Source: Phoronis australis (Eukaryota > Animalia > Phoronida). Taken from it: a DNA stretch of 64,000 nucleotides. The DNA lies in the NCBI GenBank assembly GCA_002633005.1, contig NMRA01000008.1, forward strand, positions 143,279 to 207,278, given 5' to 3'. Below are positions 39,217 through 54,200 of the stretch, one piece after another; the stretch's first letter is position 1; each line of letters begins with the position of its first letter. Made by a program: the position numbers and the translations under genes. Under the pieces are notes generated by a model that saw only the letters and a program-made list of their open reading frames with translations, made no database searches and had not been told where the DNA came from.

Positions 39217-42200
39217 GTTAGTTCAAATTAAAAAATGTCCTAACACCTTTTTCATTGTTTTGTAAAGAAAGTTTTGATGATGAAATGTCACATCAGGGCT
39301 CGACGCTGTTAAAATCGCCAGGTCGCATTTTGTGACCTAGCCAAAATTCCAGGTCGCATTTTCAAAATCCAGCTCGCATTTGTAAATGCCAGGTTGCAAA
39401 ATTTTCCTGCCATTTTTACGCGCCAAAACTGATTTTTTAGATCATCGAGAAAATGTTTAGATTATGCTCTTGCCTGCAGCTTTAAATACTCACAAATTTC
39501 GGACTTCAAAACTGCGTTCATACAGCTACGGCGTTACTGTTCTTCACGACCGCCATTGAAAGGCTCTAGAGCCCAAGACAAATTGCCGATGTGAAAGTTG
39601 AATCAGTGCTTTCTGACTGAAACGTGCATTCGAGTAGCTAAGTTTGTAATGTGAAAAGGGAGAAAATGCCCGTTGAAAAAGTATCCAGTATTTGCTAGGT
39701 CTGACCTGCTAATGGCTGTCATCAAAGTCGTTAAAGATTCAAGCAAACTCTGGGTGCAAATTCCCTCCAATTTTTGTTTGCAGCCCAAATTTTGCAATTT
39801 AACTAATGATGTTTGAAGAACATCTGTTGGAAAAAATCCGAGAAACGATGCCCTAACGGAATGACCCATTTGGATGCGCGGGAACAATTCAGTGCAAATT
39901 TCACAACAAAAATGTGATACTTATGCTGTGTACGTACTAAACAATTAGTTTTCCATGAAATGAATAGCCACGAAATAATTCCCGACTCCTTCCGTGCGGG
40001 TTATCATCGGGTAATTTGAGTTTGCTCCTCAATACCTTAGTTAGGTTAGTCACAAAATTACACGCATGTCACTAGTGTTAACTTTCTTTGAGAGGTATAA
40101 AACAAAGCCGGGATTTGGTTTTTATGCATATTGAAAAAAGACGTTTTTTGAAGACTGAATTTGTTGTGTAAAATGAAAGTGACACACCATATAAGCTGCG
40201 TGTCAATTTTGAACCATACGCAGTCGTTTTTAGTGCGCTATAATGGGCGCCTAGTCACTGTTTGACTTTTGTCACCTGTACCTAAATTGTGTCGGTAACC
40301 TTTCAGACCAATTAATCGCCCCAGTAAGGCCATTATACCCAAGTGGCTATCAGTAGAATGAAAAATGTTGTTTCTTAATCAAATTTGATTTATCTCAAGA
40401 TAATTCCAGATTAGATTTTTGGTTTTTTAGCAAATGAATCTGTTATTAATTTAGTCACGTGACCACCACTGTCTTTCATTTGTTCCAGATGAAATCTCAA
40501 ACTGTAACAGTTTTCTCAAAACCATTTCATTTTTATGCACCCACATATTTATATGTGGACGCATTATGCCGTCATCTCCGTCCGTCTGTCCGGCGTCCGT
40601 TGCTCTATCTCCAAAACCCTTTGACATACGTTCATGAAATTTGGCACATATGTTCCATTCATGAATGGGGCGGCATGAGCAAACTTTCGGACGGATCCGA
40701 CTACCTGTGTGCCCCCTAGTGGCAATTTTAGTTTTTTACGCTTACCTTTGTATATTCAAAAGTCCTTTACGGATTTTCATGAAATTTGGTACGTAGGTAC
40801 CTATTAGTGAGATGTCGCTATCCTCTCGTTTTCGAATGGATTCGACATAGTTTCGCCACCTAGTTGCCGTTTTTACTGTTTTCGAGTTTTTTTGTGTCCA
40901 CCCTTCTATCAGCCAAACCGCTCAAAGGATGATTATGAAAATTGGCATGTATGTTCTTACTATGAATAGGATGGCTGACAATGATTTTCCAATGATTTTG
41001 ACTACTGTGGCACCTCTTAGTGGCAGTTTTTTGTTTTGCGCCTATGGCTGTATCTCCTAAACCGTTCACAGGATCTTTAGGAAATTTAGTAAGTTTATTT
41101 AAATGATGTTAACAACAGACGATGACGACTTTCGGACATATCTGACAACTGGTGTGCCATCTAGTGGCAATTTTATTTTTTTATGTTTACCTCTGTATCT
41201 TCAAAGGTCCTCATCGTATTTTCATAAAATTTGGCATACAGGCATCTGTTAATGAGGTGTTGCTATCTCTCCATTTTCAGGTGAATTCGACCTAGTTTGC
41301 ACCACCTAGTGGCCATTTTTGCTGTTTTTGAGTTTTTTGGCGTCCACTAATCTATCAACCAAACCATTTTCAGGATAATTGTGAAAATTGGCATGTATGT
41401 TTTTACTATGAAGTGAATGGCTGACGATGATTTTCTAACTGCTTCGACTACTGGGGCGTCTCCTAGTGGCAGTTTTTTTGCGCTCATGGCTGTCTCCTAA
41501 ACTGTTTGCAGGATCTTTACTTAATTTAGCAAGTGTATTAAATATTATGTTAACTACGGATGACGACGACTTTCAGACAGATCTGACTACTGCTCTGCCC
41601 CCTAGTGGCAATTTTAGTTTTTTACGTTTAATGCTGTGTCTTCAAAGGTCCTCAACAGATTTTCATAAAATTTTAAATATAGGCATCTATTGGTGTGATG
41701 GTGCTATCTTTCTGTTTTTGGATGGATTGTATGTTTTTGCGCCATCTAGTGGCCATTTTTATGATACAAATAAATGACCCTAAAAGCACACCATTTGCAA
41801 TGCATTCGTGGGCTTATTTTAACGCTCCATGGTGCTCTTGTTGTCTCATGCGACATTAGCGTTTTGTTTGTTTCTCTTGCAAAATTGGATCATTTTAAAA
41901 ACAATTCCTAATAATACTTTGGAGAACAGTGCAGAGACCATGGGGACAGTTTCCTATGAATCTGGACAGTAATTTCTGAAAGAGAATGTTCCGAGCTGAG
42001 CATTCTACATAACCTTGAGTGTTGGTTGGCGTTGCAATGATTCAGTGACTTGTCACCGTCATCGTCGCTAAAGAAAAACCAATTCCAAAAAAGTAAAATC
42101 GATACTATGATCTTGCTAAAACTTTTGAAAGTTCACGTAAATGATGCAGTGTTAACTCGGCCGCATGCCAATCTTTGTCTGGTATTGCTAAAAGTTTTAA

Positions 42201-45200
42201 AGTCACGTGAACGGGGATGAAGTTGTTTCGGCCATACATAAATCTTGGTGTGGAAGTGAAAGGCAGCGTCATCTGGTGTTCGCTAGTGAAACTAAGTATC
42301 TCTGTATCTTGATTTTGTCGCATTGCCGGTCATAGCAAACAGGCTTGCCTAGTAACGGTGTCATGCAAAACCAATTAAGAATTGAATAGACCCTGATTTT
42401 TTTTCTTATTCCCAATTCTAATGTTGACCCCTTGACATGTGCGTTAAATCTTGAACTGTTGATGAGCAAAACCTTGTCCCGTGAATTACTAGAGGAAACG
42501 CTCAGTGGCTTTAAATTTCTGATGGGCACAACTTACATCAGGGTGTTAACGGGATGAGACATTCAGCTGGAGGGGTTTATCATTGCCAGTTTCATAGTAC
42601 AGTTGCTTGTCGTTGATTTTGCTCGAAAGTAGTAATGGAATTTACCATGATTTTTCTATTTTGCAAAGGTTGATTAACTTGTTGCAAGTAATAGAAACAT
42701 TTCCAAATCTTGTATGCATGGTGCATACCAAGCTCATAATACACTAACAGTTTATTGAGAGATTTGGAGAAAAAATCCCTGGTCTGCCATATTGTGTGGC
42801 ACTTTAAACAATTCTTTTTGTGCAAAATAAGTGAAGAATAATGAGAAAATTACCAAATTAACCAACAATGCCTTCAAAAAGGTATCCTAGTGTGGTATCT
42901 GTCTTTTTTTCAGTTTCGTTGTTTTTGTTTAGAACTACATCCAAACTCCGTACAATGTTTGAGCGAAAACATCACCTTGCCAGTGGAATTGTGCCAGAAG
43001 CAATCAGAAAATGTTACTTTGAATTTCATGTGATTTGGCCCAATTATGCGCATTTTTGGTATGCAGTAGATGCATGGGGTTGCTTTAACAGGTTTAGTCA
43101 TGGAAAAATTGCTGCCGGCAAGTCGGGATCTATTTGTGACATGTTAATCAATATTGCAGCACCAAACCACTGCCAAGTACACCTGTCAAGTCAGATGCTT
43201 CAGGACAGGTGAGTTAATTTTGTTTTGCTTTGTTTTTAGTGCCCTATGTGTTTATGGGTGTGTATTGTTCTTGTAGTGTCCAGATGTCCGCTTCATATCT
43301 CAAAAATCGCTGGTCAGACTGTGATGAAATTGTTGCGTGGATGAATGGCATCATTAGACCGAGACCAGGAAGCAGGGCTTTTCAATATGTTTTTGGGGGA
43401 AGGGCATTTCCGAATGACTTCTGGGGAATCAGTTTACAGATTTCAATGAAAGTTTACAGTGTCACTCATCAAAGTCAACTATTCTGGTCACAAATTGATT
43501 GGTAATTGTTTTGTAGCAGACATGTTGAGGTTGTTCATTCTTTCTGAAGGTGGCACTGTTCTTATTGCGGTTTTGAAAAATGATAAACTTGGCGTGCAGC
43601 TAGTTATCGCTAAAACGGAGCAACAGGATAATTTTGCAAAAAAGTACAATTCCTAGATCAATTTTCAGGTCATTAATCGTTTCAGAACCGTAAAACAGAA
43701 ATTTCCTAATTCAGGAGTCTGAAAATAGCAGATTATAATGTTTGCAAAAATGGAAAACCAGGGTCTATTTGTGCTCTGTTACCCATCAGTGGGTAATTAC
43801 TAGTTATGTAGGAGGTCCTGCTTTTTGAGAATCAAAGTTTTCTCCTCTGAATAACGGGCATCAATCTGCTTCTCAAAATGCGGAACCCCTGGAAGTAACT
43901 ATTGCGCCGAAGTCATTACCGCCACCTAGTGACTATCTTGTCTCCATTCAGTTAGCCTTGTAGCCCGCTGCTGTTGCATACTGTCGAACAATGTCATACC
44001 TGTGGTTATTTTCAGTCCAACGACCCCGCAGATGTTGCTCCTTCGCGGAAGAAAGCCATCTCACAGCCTCACACTAAAATCACCTTGGACAAGTTGTTGG
44101 AGGAAAAAGTGCCCGAAGACGACGACAGTTACATCAAAATGAAAGATGATCTCCAAGTAAGTTGGTGATTTACGTCCGAAGACAGAATTTTGGTCTGGAG
44201 CACATGAAATTCATAGCCATAGTCAAACATGTCATGTTCTTGTTTCTGTATGTTATATGCTTTTAGCGCAAGTGAGACCGTGTTATGCAAAATTTGTCAC
44301 TTTTGCGTGTTATATTAATTTTGGCCTGTGGGAGCATTGATTAATTACTACTGAAATGGGTTGGGGAGAACAGCTGAATCATTTAAGCTGTAGATTATGG
44401 ACTACTGCCAGACAAGGTATGTCTCCTCAACCATTTTATGTTGCGAACTAAATTTATTCATTCAGGGTATGTCCTGCTTTTCAGGGACAATTTCAGCAGC
44501 ACACCCCGCATCATTGGCGCGAAAGTAATTACGTTGATGCACTGTGATTGTTTAGGTTGGTCCAATGTACCCATTGAAATTGAAAGCGAAAAAGGGACAA
44601 AAAATGGCATTGTGCGTAGGTACTCCAAATTGCCCCATAGGCTTGAGGCTGAATTCACCCACGGGGTGAGAGAATACACTAACTAGAGCCCCAGGAAAAG
44701 GCAATTACAGTTAAACCTAAATCACATTTTTTATCGAAAAGTAAATACACTGAGGAAATTTTTTAAAATGTCAAATTTTTTAATACTAACTGATCTTTAA
44801 AACGTAGATTTAAGCAACTTGTTGTATGACTTTCACAGACATGTTGACCATTATTGTTATTTTTGTTGTTGTTATTATTATTATTATTATTATTACTACT
44901 ATTACCACTACTATTATTATTATTTGGTAATTTTCCACTTATTTGGCACAATCACCTCATTTCGCAATACCCAAATTATGATGAAAAAACAATATTTTGT
45001 CCCCGACTCATTTTGCACGAGGCTACTTGGTGGGAATTTCATGCCTCACCTAATTCACACTGTCAGTTTTGCACTTCCGAAATATTAACAAAAAACCCAG
45101 TCATTAATTCTAGTAATACCGCGGTAATAAGGTTTCAATATTGCGTATTCACCACTGTAATTTATCTTTTTGAATACAGGATAGTTCACGGTGTTGTAAA

Positions 45201-48200
45201 TGCAGGGAAAAAGGAGTGTCCCGGGATGAGTTTGGTGTCACTCAGAGTCATGTGATATAAAGGGTGCTTCACCAACGATGGGGTACCGAAGTAACTAAGT
45301 TAATTACTGTTAAATCGATCACGTTGGCAACCCATAGGTCGCATTTCATTAAATTCTCACGCGGGCAGTTGGCGTTGCTTGGTTACTCGGTCAATTTCGC
45401 ACACCCGTGAAGTACGAAGTCTGTATATTCAATTTATTTCACATTCCCCGACTATGAGAGAAGCACAATTTAATTTAATTTACTTTGTCCAAAACAAGTG
45501 GAGAATTACCTTTTCTGTTAAAATTCTCAAAATGGTCTCTGCTGGAAAAGGGTGCCCTCTGGTGGACGATGTCTTATTAAGGGTAGTTAACTAGCAATAG
45601 CTTAAGTCTGATTGTGTATGAACTTGCTGCAGAATAATACTTTAACTGTATTTTGTGTCGTTGGGTATGTTTTTGACAGCTAATGTGGTTCCATCTCTAT
45701 TTTCCTGTTTAAGTCGTTAGTTGAAAGGAAATACCAATTTCCTTAGCCAGGTTGGGTTTCTTGCATCATTAAACCACAATCGTCATGTCTTCTTTTGTCG
45801 TCCTTTATCTTGTTTACCCATGTTTGTGGAATTTTTACACGATCGCTTTCATTGGTCACTTTCTCCATTTCACAGCAAGGAATTGAGCAAGGTGGAATAC
45901 ACAAGCTGTCTGAGTTGTCGTTTTCCCAGGAAGGCATATCAGAAGAACATGAGGCGAAACTAGCTAGGGTGAGAGTCGTGTCTTTTTTGTCTGTAACATT
46001 ACCCTTTTCCTTAAAGACATATTTGCATGCTTCTAATTATGCTAATGTAATGCTTCTAATTATGCTAATGTATAGCATTAAATAAATGCCAATGCTGTTT
46101 TAACATCGTCTACGCTAACCAAAGTGCATTTATATTCATTGACAGCCTGTAAATGTGAAAACAAAAATTCCGCAAATAGAGGTGACCTTTGCACTAATGG
46201 CGTACCTTGCGGGTTCACACAGCCTGCATCATGCAGTGTTATTCCCCAGCACCTTGTCACGATATTTACTGGACGTAGTTCAGTCATTTGTGGCAGATCA
46301 GTTTCGCCACAAAACTTATTCGTAAAAACGTTTGGAAATTTTCAACCTACTTCATATTCACATCGTCGCTGTTTATTGTGTTTCTAACTAATTTGGCCAA
46401 GCAGTCACAGAGAATTTGCCTGCAAGTTCCACTTTAAATTAAGGCCTAATTACACAGATGGCTAGGATACAGCCTTGCAACTGTCTGGTTAACTCAACTT
46501 TTGCTTAAACGGAAAGTGTCCTATTTTAATGCAAAGTATGGTGGAGACATGCACTCGTATGATGTCAAAATTTCTGCCAAAATAAACACCTCATTCTACT
46601 GCAAAGTTTGTCATAGTTTGTACTCCACAGGACTGTGTAATATAATAACACCTTGCAACATTTTTCTAGTTTGCAGTAGGGAATTCAGCCTTTGAATCCA
46701 GATAGTTGGCAATTGTGTTGTGTTGACCAATCTTGGAGACTCAAAAATATGCAAGTTCACACTCGCATAAAACGAATTTGAGTTATTTTAATAAGTTACC
46801 AATACCGCCTGTGGTGTCTACACCTAACGCCATTTGTGTTCAATTGCGTGTATTTCAAAAATGACGACGTCTGTTATTTCTTCTGACTTATACTGAATCA
46901 AAATAAAGCGAGACTGGTCATTGAAATTCATACATGTGCCAATGTAATACTCACAGTATATGTGAACCCGGGATGTGTACATGCAATCTCTCCTAAAAAA
47001 ATACAATGTCTTTAAGGGTGTCACAGATTCACGCACATCCCATAATATTTCGGACATTTCAGATGATGTCCAAGGAGAGAGAGATTGAGGACCATCACCC
47101 AGGCGAGAAGATATTTGACCAGTCTCTCTACATGCAGTTGTTCACGCAGCACACGCTGAGTCTGAAGACCTGCGGCTTTAAACAGGAACACCACCTGGAG
47201 AAACGGCTGTGCAGAATGTCCAATGGTAACTCGTGAACTTTGACCTCATCAACATTCGAGGATTATCCTTTGACGTGACTATCAAGATGTGCTTGTCTGT
47301 CAGTTATTGTCAAAATGGATGGACTGGAATTTACCAGCACCACGCAGTTTTCAGCTTTGATATTGTAGTGGCAAAATTATTGTAATTCTGTTTCGTCATA
47401 CTAACTTTGAAATTAAATGAGACTTTACTGCATAGGCGCCACCTTCAGTGTTCTATTGCAACTCGAGGTGAGAGACTTTGAAATTAAATGAGACTTTACT
47501 GCATAGGCGCCACCTTCAGTGTTCTATTGCAACTCAAGGTGAGCAGACGTCTGCCAAATATCTGAGTTTGTCATTTGAAGAATAGATGTTGTTGGCTGTG
47601 CGACCTGTTTAACTTAAGTTCGTGTTTTGTATTTTGTATTTTCATCGCTTGTATTTGTCTGCTGTACAATACTGCTGAAACTAATGAACACCCCTTGAAG
47701 CTCACTGTTTGCACTGCAGTCGTAAATGCATTTCAACCATTCACGATGCCCTTGTTTTCAAATTGTACAGACTTAATGTAGAATATTTGAGTTTGATTTT
47801 GTGATTTTATCTGTGCGTGTGTTCCAACGTTTGTATTTTATTCATTGGCAGACTGTCTCCATGACCTTTTGACCTCCGACATTTGTTGTGTGCTACTGCC
47901 CTCGTTACCTCATTCGGCCGCATTACTTCGATGGCTCTTCCTTCTCTGTAAGTCTGAATTCAGGGTGGAGAAACAACGCAGTGGCTGGACTTGAACGAAC
48001 GGCAGTTGTAAATCATTACCTGGAGCTGGACACCAAAGCACTGCTTGCCAGACCCTCTCAGTTCTATATTTTCTCTTTGTATGCGCTATGCACTGAGGTC
48101 AAATGTAGGCCTTGACTTAGTGTGTGACTTCTGATTGGCCAGAGGTTTGTGGGTTCAGACACTGGATTGTTTCTCAACTCTTTTTCCTTTTTTTGATCTT

Positions 48201-51200
48201 AATACGATAAAGCAAATCATTAATAAGACATCCTATGGAAAATGTGTGACATTGGTGTATGGTTAAATAACACCGTTACTTGTAATTAACAATTGAGATA
48301 ATAGATTAGGAGGAAATTTTAGTTTTACTTGTGTCCTTCATTGTCAGATTAAAAAATGTTGTTACGATGGCCATTTCTTAAGTAAGGCTTCTTGTTTTCC
48401 AATGTTATGTTGGGGTCGTAATGTAGGTCATAGGTGTTATTTTTACTTATAACTGCTGCATTCTTATTTCATCTTCCTTTGAAGTTGTCCACTTTTGACC
48501 CACTGATTCAGTGGTCAATGTAACTAAGAATGACCAGTTAAATTCATTTTTGGTTCTTGGTCAATGCTCAACCGTGAACGGAAGACAATGTAAGCAATTG
48601 TTTGAGGCACACTTCTATCTTTTTCCAGTGTCAATCCATGCAGACGCGAAAGTGGTGGAAGGTATAACAAAAACGCTGATTTCTGCACTACAGAACAGTC
48701 TCCTTGAAGCCAGGAACCGGCAGTGGCACCCAACAGTACAAGACGTACTGACTGTCTTCGTTAATTATGGCAAGTGAAACTGGTTGTTACAAATTGTTGG
48801 ACTTGTCTCCCCTGCTCAGTACTGTGCTCTCTGTAAATCATATTGGGATGAAGTGCAGTGATCGACACTTAGCTTCACGCCAACTCATCAAAAAGCGACT
48901 GCGAAAATCTCAGATCGCCAAACTAAATCTGAGACCGCCAAAAGTGGCATCAAAGGTCGCCGTCCAAAAAAAAAATTTGGCCGTTCTCCGTTATCAACAT
49001 TTTTAAAAACCATTACGCATACCTCTTCCATTTTTCCTCGTAAATATGCACCATTCAATCTCTAATTCAATTCCTCCTACCAATGGAGAACGCACACGAT
49101 CAGATACATTGAAGCCACGTGTTTCATGTCCAACCTTGCCCAATTTTTGCAATTCCGACTTCTGTCAGTTTATGTTCTGTTGTAATTTAAGCATGTGTTC
49201 GTTGTGTGCTAATTGCTGAGGCTGGCATATGCACTGATTTCATGGAAAACACGGAAAAGTCTTGATCCATAGGTATCAAAGCTGAATGTACAGTTGTTAT
49301 TCTCTCGAGCTGTTATTGTTGTCGGTCATGGACGGAAGTATACGAATCTTCAGCTTGTCTCATATGAGTTGGTCAAAATCTCACCTTGCATTTCTAAATT
49401 TCAGTGTATAGTTGCATCCTGCAGCTTGTTAATTATGTCGAGCCTTGATTGGTTGAAGTGTTTCTCAGAATTAAATTGGATATTGAAAATACCTCTCTGT
49501 CTAAAATTTGCGTAAAATGAAAACTTGATTTTTTCAGGTGCTACTTTCAATCGCCTTTTGCCTGAGGAGCAAATCTCTTTTTACTGTGAAGAGAATATGA
49601 GGTAATTAAAAAGATTACAATCAAGTCAAACTGTTTTATTCATAAACAAGGTATAGAAGTATTAATAAAGCCAACTATATTTTTTAATTAGTATCGGTTA
49701 AAAATGTGTATTTCCATTCAAATTTGTTAGCTGGCCAAAGAAGCCGTACTGAGCTGACCCTTATTGTCTGACTATCTGATCCAGTTTAAGCTGGTCTGAC
49801 GCACATTAACTTGCAAAATAATCAAGAGCATCATGTTGCTCCTCAAAGGAATCGGCCTTTTCTACCCTCAAAATCTTCATGAAGCTCTCACAAGCATTCT
49901 GCTCACAATTTCTCTGTTGTCGTCAGTATCACTGCCACAATCGGCCAATGTTAATTGTTCCATGCTCCGGCAATGACGTAAGATGACACGAAGAATTCAA
50001 GAATCACTTGACCTGTGTTTTTTTTTAGTGTTTTATGTAAAGCTTGACGTACAGTCTTTCATGGTGCTACGAAAGGTAGCACTGTCGAATGTTGTTTAAC
50101 ATGGCTTCTCATTGGTTAAAGTAATGAAACCGACGTCATAACATTCACTCATTCCCAGTGGTTGAAAGTTGGGAAACCCATTTCAGTTTACAGTTATCAA
50201 AGCATAGCGACTACCTTTGACTTGAGCAGTTGCATTTTATGAAAACAGGCAGTGATCGAAGTAAACAAAATCAAGGGAACCCCGATCCAATAGTAGGTTA
50301 AGTCCAAACAAGTACTGGCGTGCGTTTCGTAGACGCTAGGACCTACGGTAGGACCTACGCTAGGACCTACGCTAGGACCTAGCTAAAACCTGGTCAAAGT
50401 CACATGTTCTCATTTAAAATACACGGCAATATCTCACGTAATCTCGCAAAGTCTTGCTTTTTAGCGAGGTCCTAGCGTTACTGAACGGGAGGCTGGATAG
50501 CAGCATGAGCAAGTGGTCGCTGTGTGATCGGTATACTTCCACAGGGCCACTTTTCACTACAGGTGGGGCTGTGTTAGGGTAAGCTTGACATGGCATTTCG
50601 CTGTTGTTAAGCTGTCAATTTTATATTCTTATCCGAAGCGCTTTGGGGTTTGAAAACATTATCACACTGGTCCAATCTGGAATTGTTGCCAAATCAAGTC
50701 ACGGGTAATGCGTACATGTACAATTTTCAAATTCACAATTTTAGGATTGTCCAACCTCATTAAACTCTTAAGACTGATTTAACTGTTGCTGGGTCATTGA
50801 AATTAACAGAACGATCAAGAATAACAAAAATTTGTTCGGGAGAAGGCTTCAGTTCTAGGAATTGCCATTCTGACAAAGTATGATCTTAAGAAAGTTTTGT
50901 TTTACTTTGTTTCTAGGAAAGATGCTCTTTTGCCTCCTCCTTTGGACACTCCCCCTGGTGGTGATCATCAGCTGTACAATTTCAATTGTATTGTGGATGT
51001 ACTGCACTGTGCAATATATCAAAGGTAGATTTAATATGGCAGACGTTGTTTAATTTTGTAAATATTTTCCAGAAAACTTGGGGCCGTTTTAAAGCTACTT
51101 CAGGTATTTCGATATGAAAACCACATTGAAAGTGTCTAAAGTTTTAGAATTATGTTAGGTTATGCAGAACCCCAGAAATAATTCTAATGTGGCAACTTTG

Positions 51201-54200
51201 TAACATTGTATCTCAAATGTTTGTTCGGATTCGAATCAAACTGACTTGTGTTTATACACTCTGATTTCCAGAACTTTGCCAGGAAGTGTTTTTTGAGATG
51301 ATACTTTGCAAAGGGCTATCAAAAATAGGACTTTATGATTTTCATGAAAACACTCAGAAGTTGGATAAAAGAAGTGAAAACTCAGGAAAGTGTAATAGTA
51401 TTTTTGAGGTTTTATCTTGAACATTTATGTTTATTATTATTTACAGAGCATCTTCGTACAATGAGCAAGAGTTGTATGCTCTCTTCGTCATTCTTCTGAA
51501 AGTGTCGCTCGATGCAACTTACAGGGTGTTCCCCAAGGTGGCAGTGCAGGGATGCTTGGCCACCATTTTAGATGCTATGCCAAACAAGTCATGGCTGGAT
51601 CATGTAAGCACCTCATTATATATACCCTGGCTAGTTGTATATAAATGTTGAAATAAAGCTAGGTATTGATCTGGGTAAAAACAGGAAAATTGGTATTAAA
51701 TACCATGTTTCAAGTCAGTACTCCTAGTGATACCATGACTCACAGCTGGTTGGCAAAATTATTGAGTTTGGCACCGTTTGATTTTGCACCCATGCTAGCA
51801 AATAGAATTATTTTTTTTAATTAGTTCAGAATCTGTAATCTGGACATATGGACACCTACGAAACTTATTTGGGAACATGTTTTTAATGTGCATGGAAAAT
51901 TCCCTTCCCTCAGCCTGAATTCCTTGCCCTCACACCCCTCCTTCTTTCCTGTAAACACTCTTACCAGGTGTATCGACCTGCAGGGACTCGGTGGGAGAAA
52001 GAAAGCCTCAGTTATATCAGTCCGAAAGTCTGGTCTCCTTTGGCTGTCTCCTAGTTGTGTATTTTTGAAAAACTCTTAGCATTAACAGCACTAGCTTACT
52101 GTTATCTTAGCAAACAGTTTGTTAAATTTGTGTTAGTTACAGTTCTGTAGCAATCAGGCAAAATACTGTCTCCTTGTCGTGGTGACTAATTCTTTTTACA
52201 GCAAGTGATGTATAATGACTGATCACTTAAAGATGCTATGTCTCATTCAGACCATGAATACTTAAATTTATAGCAAGCGCCACCTAGTGACTTCCTGGAG
52301 AACTGTGTACAAGTAAAATCAGAAACAATTTGTAAATAAATTACAGTTTTAAAGAAAACAGCACAATTGATAGACTTAAAAACAAGCGTGACCATATAAA
52401 AACCCTAGCAATTTCAAATATTATTCATTCATTATTTGATATTGAAATAAACAAATGATAAAATCTGTGCCTTGTTTCATTACGGTAACAATGAACTATT
52501 ACCATACTCATTTACATAAAAATAGTCTCACAAAATGAGACTTTCGCGAGATTGGAATGGTAACTGGTTCTGGGATGGTTTCCTGCATACCAGAAGACCT
52601 GGGGTAGTTTGTAAACTAGTACTTCATTTGCATATTCACAATTTAATGAGACATAGCGTAGGATATTTTCACATTTTTAGCTTTCATGGGAATTTCCCTG
52701 CCTCCTGAGCACAATGTACCGTGTCAGTGAATTTCTCTTACTCTCAGTTGAATTACACTTCGTTTTTCCAGTTACTTTTGCATTGATGTCTGGTGTTTGT
52801 CGTTTTCATGAAAACTCACACATCTCCCCCCAGGTGTCAGCACTGTGCCACACTGTTGCCAACATGGACACCCACCATCACAACAAGGTCTTCCTTGTAC
52901 AGTTGTTGCCTGTCACCAAAAGAGGGCGCTTCCTGAGGCAACGACTGAGCTTCTCCATTCTGTCCAGCCTCCTGTTCGATGCTGTAGAATTTCCAGTTGA
53001 AAATATACAAGAGATTAAGGTATCATGATTCAACATCCTCAGATGTCTTAAAAAGTCACTGTTGAGCATCTGGAACCCCGTATTCACTGCTTTTCAGTTT
53101 GCTTTTCTCTTCTTTGTTTGTTTTTATTACTTATTTACTTTTGCTCATTTTTGTTTTGTTCGTGACACTGTTTTTAAACATTCGTGCAGCATTATTTTGG
53201 AGGTCTAAGTTTAACTGAAGTAGGCAACTTTGCGGCGGAATATCCGTTCGTAGAAATAGCCTTGAACTCCATTTGATCCGTATAGTTACTTGGTAAAATT
53301 TTCATGGTTTTCTTTTCTGAAAAGCTTTAAAATGGAGGTCATCGCAGTAACGAGCTGTTGTAACTTTAGAAAGTTGTGCTGAGACTCAGTTTAACCCTAA
53401 TGTCTTCTGCTAACAGATCAACAGCAGACATACACGAGTAATCGGGTCAACAAAACAAGAAGGTGCTTTATGGGGCTTTAAAATGTCCAGTTGGGTATTT
53501 GTAAACATTAAATGTGCAGGATATTGTGTATTTAGGGATTGTGTTGGCAGTGATGGTGGTAATAACAGTTGATCTTGAAGTCATAATGGTAGACTTTGAC
53601 TTGTATTCACTGCAGCACTGACTGTTAAATGAAAAGTGTTAAGAACAAATAAAAGACCCACAAATAATATACAATCTAATACATACACATCTGTAAAAGA
53701 TATCCAGCTACGCCTACAAGTGAAGTTTAGGCGCATACTCCTGTATGCAAAATATTTGAGCAAAAATTATTTTTGAAAATATGCATTATAAGATTCAGAT
53801 GCGTGGACCCTTTTTTCCTGGACCACAAGTGACTATAGAGTAAAAAGTCGCATCTAGCAAACAAGAAAATTTATCCGGGTAGGAGGATAAACAACTTATC
53901 TAAAGAGTCAAGTGCATGTACTAGAATAACCAGTCCAAGGAGGATTAGACTTATGATGGTCAGACCTGCACTTTTGGTTTCAACTGTATGCGGGAAACCT
54001 TGGTTAACGTTTTATCACTACCCCATTTTCAGATTGATCAGGTGTAGGATGCGGTCCCTACAGTATTCAGGAAACTGGTTATCATTTTATCATTACCCCA
54101 TTTTCAAATTGATCAGCTACAGGGTTTGGTCCCTACAGTATTCGGGAAACTGGTTATCGTTTTATCACTACCCCATTTTCAAATTGATCAGCTACAGGGT

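Noticed and set aside
42868-43212. 114-aa ORF as an SLF2 exon
   Set aside because: No SLF2-like content. The 49-nt exon 43160-43208 in another frame fits both flanking phases.
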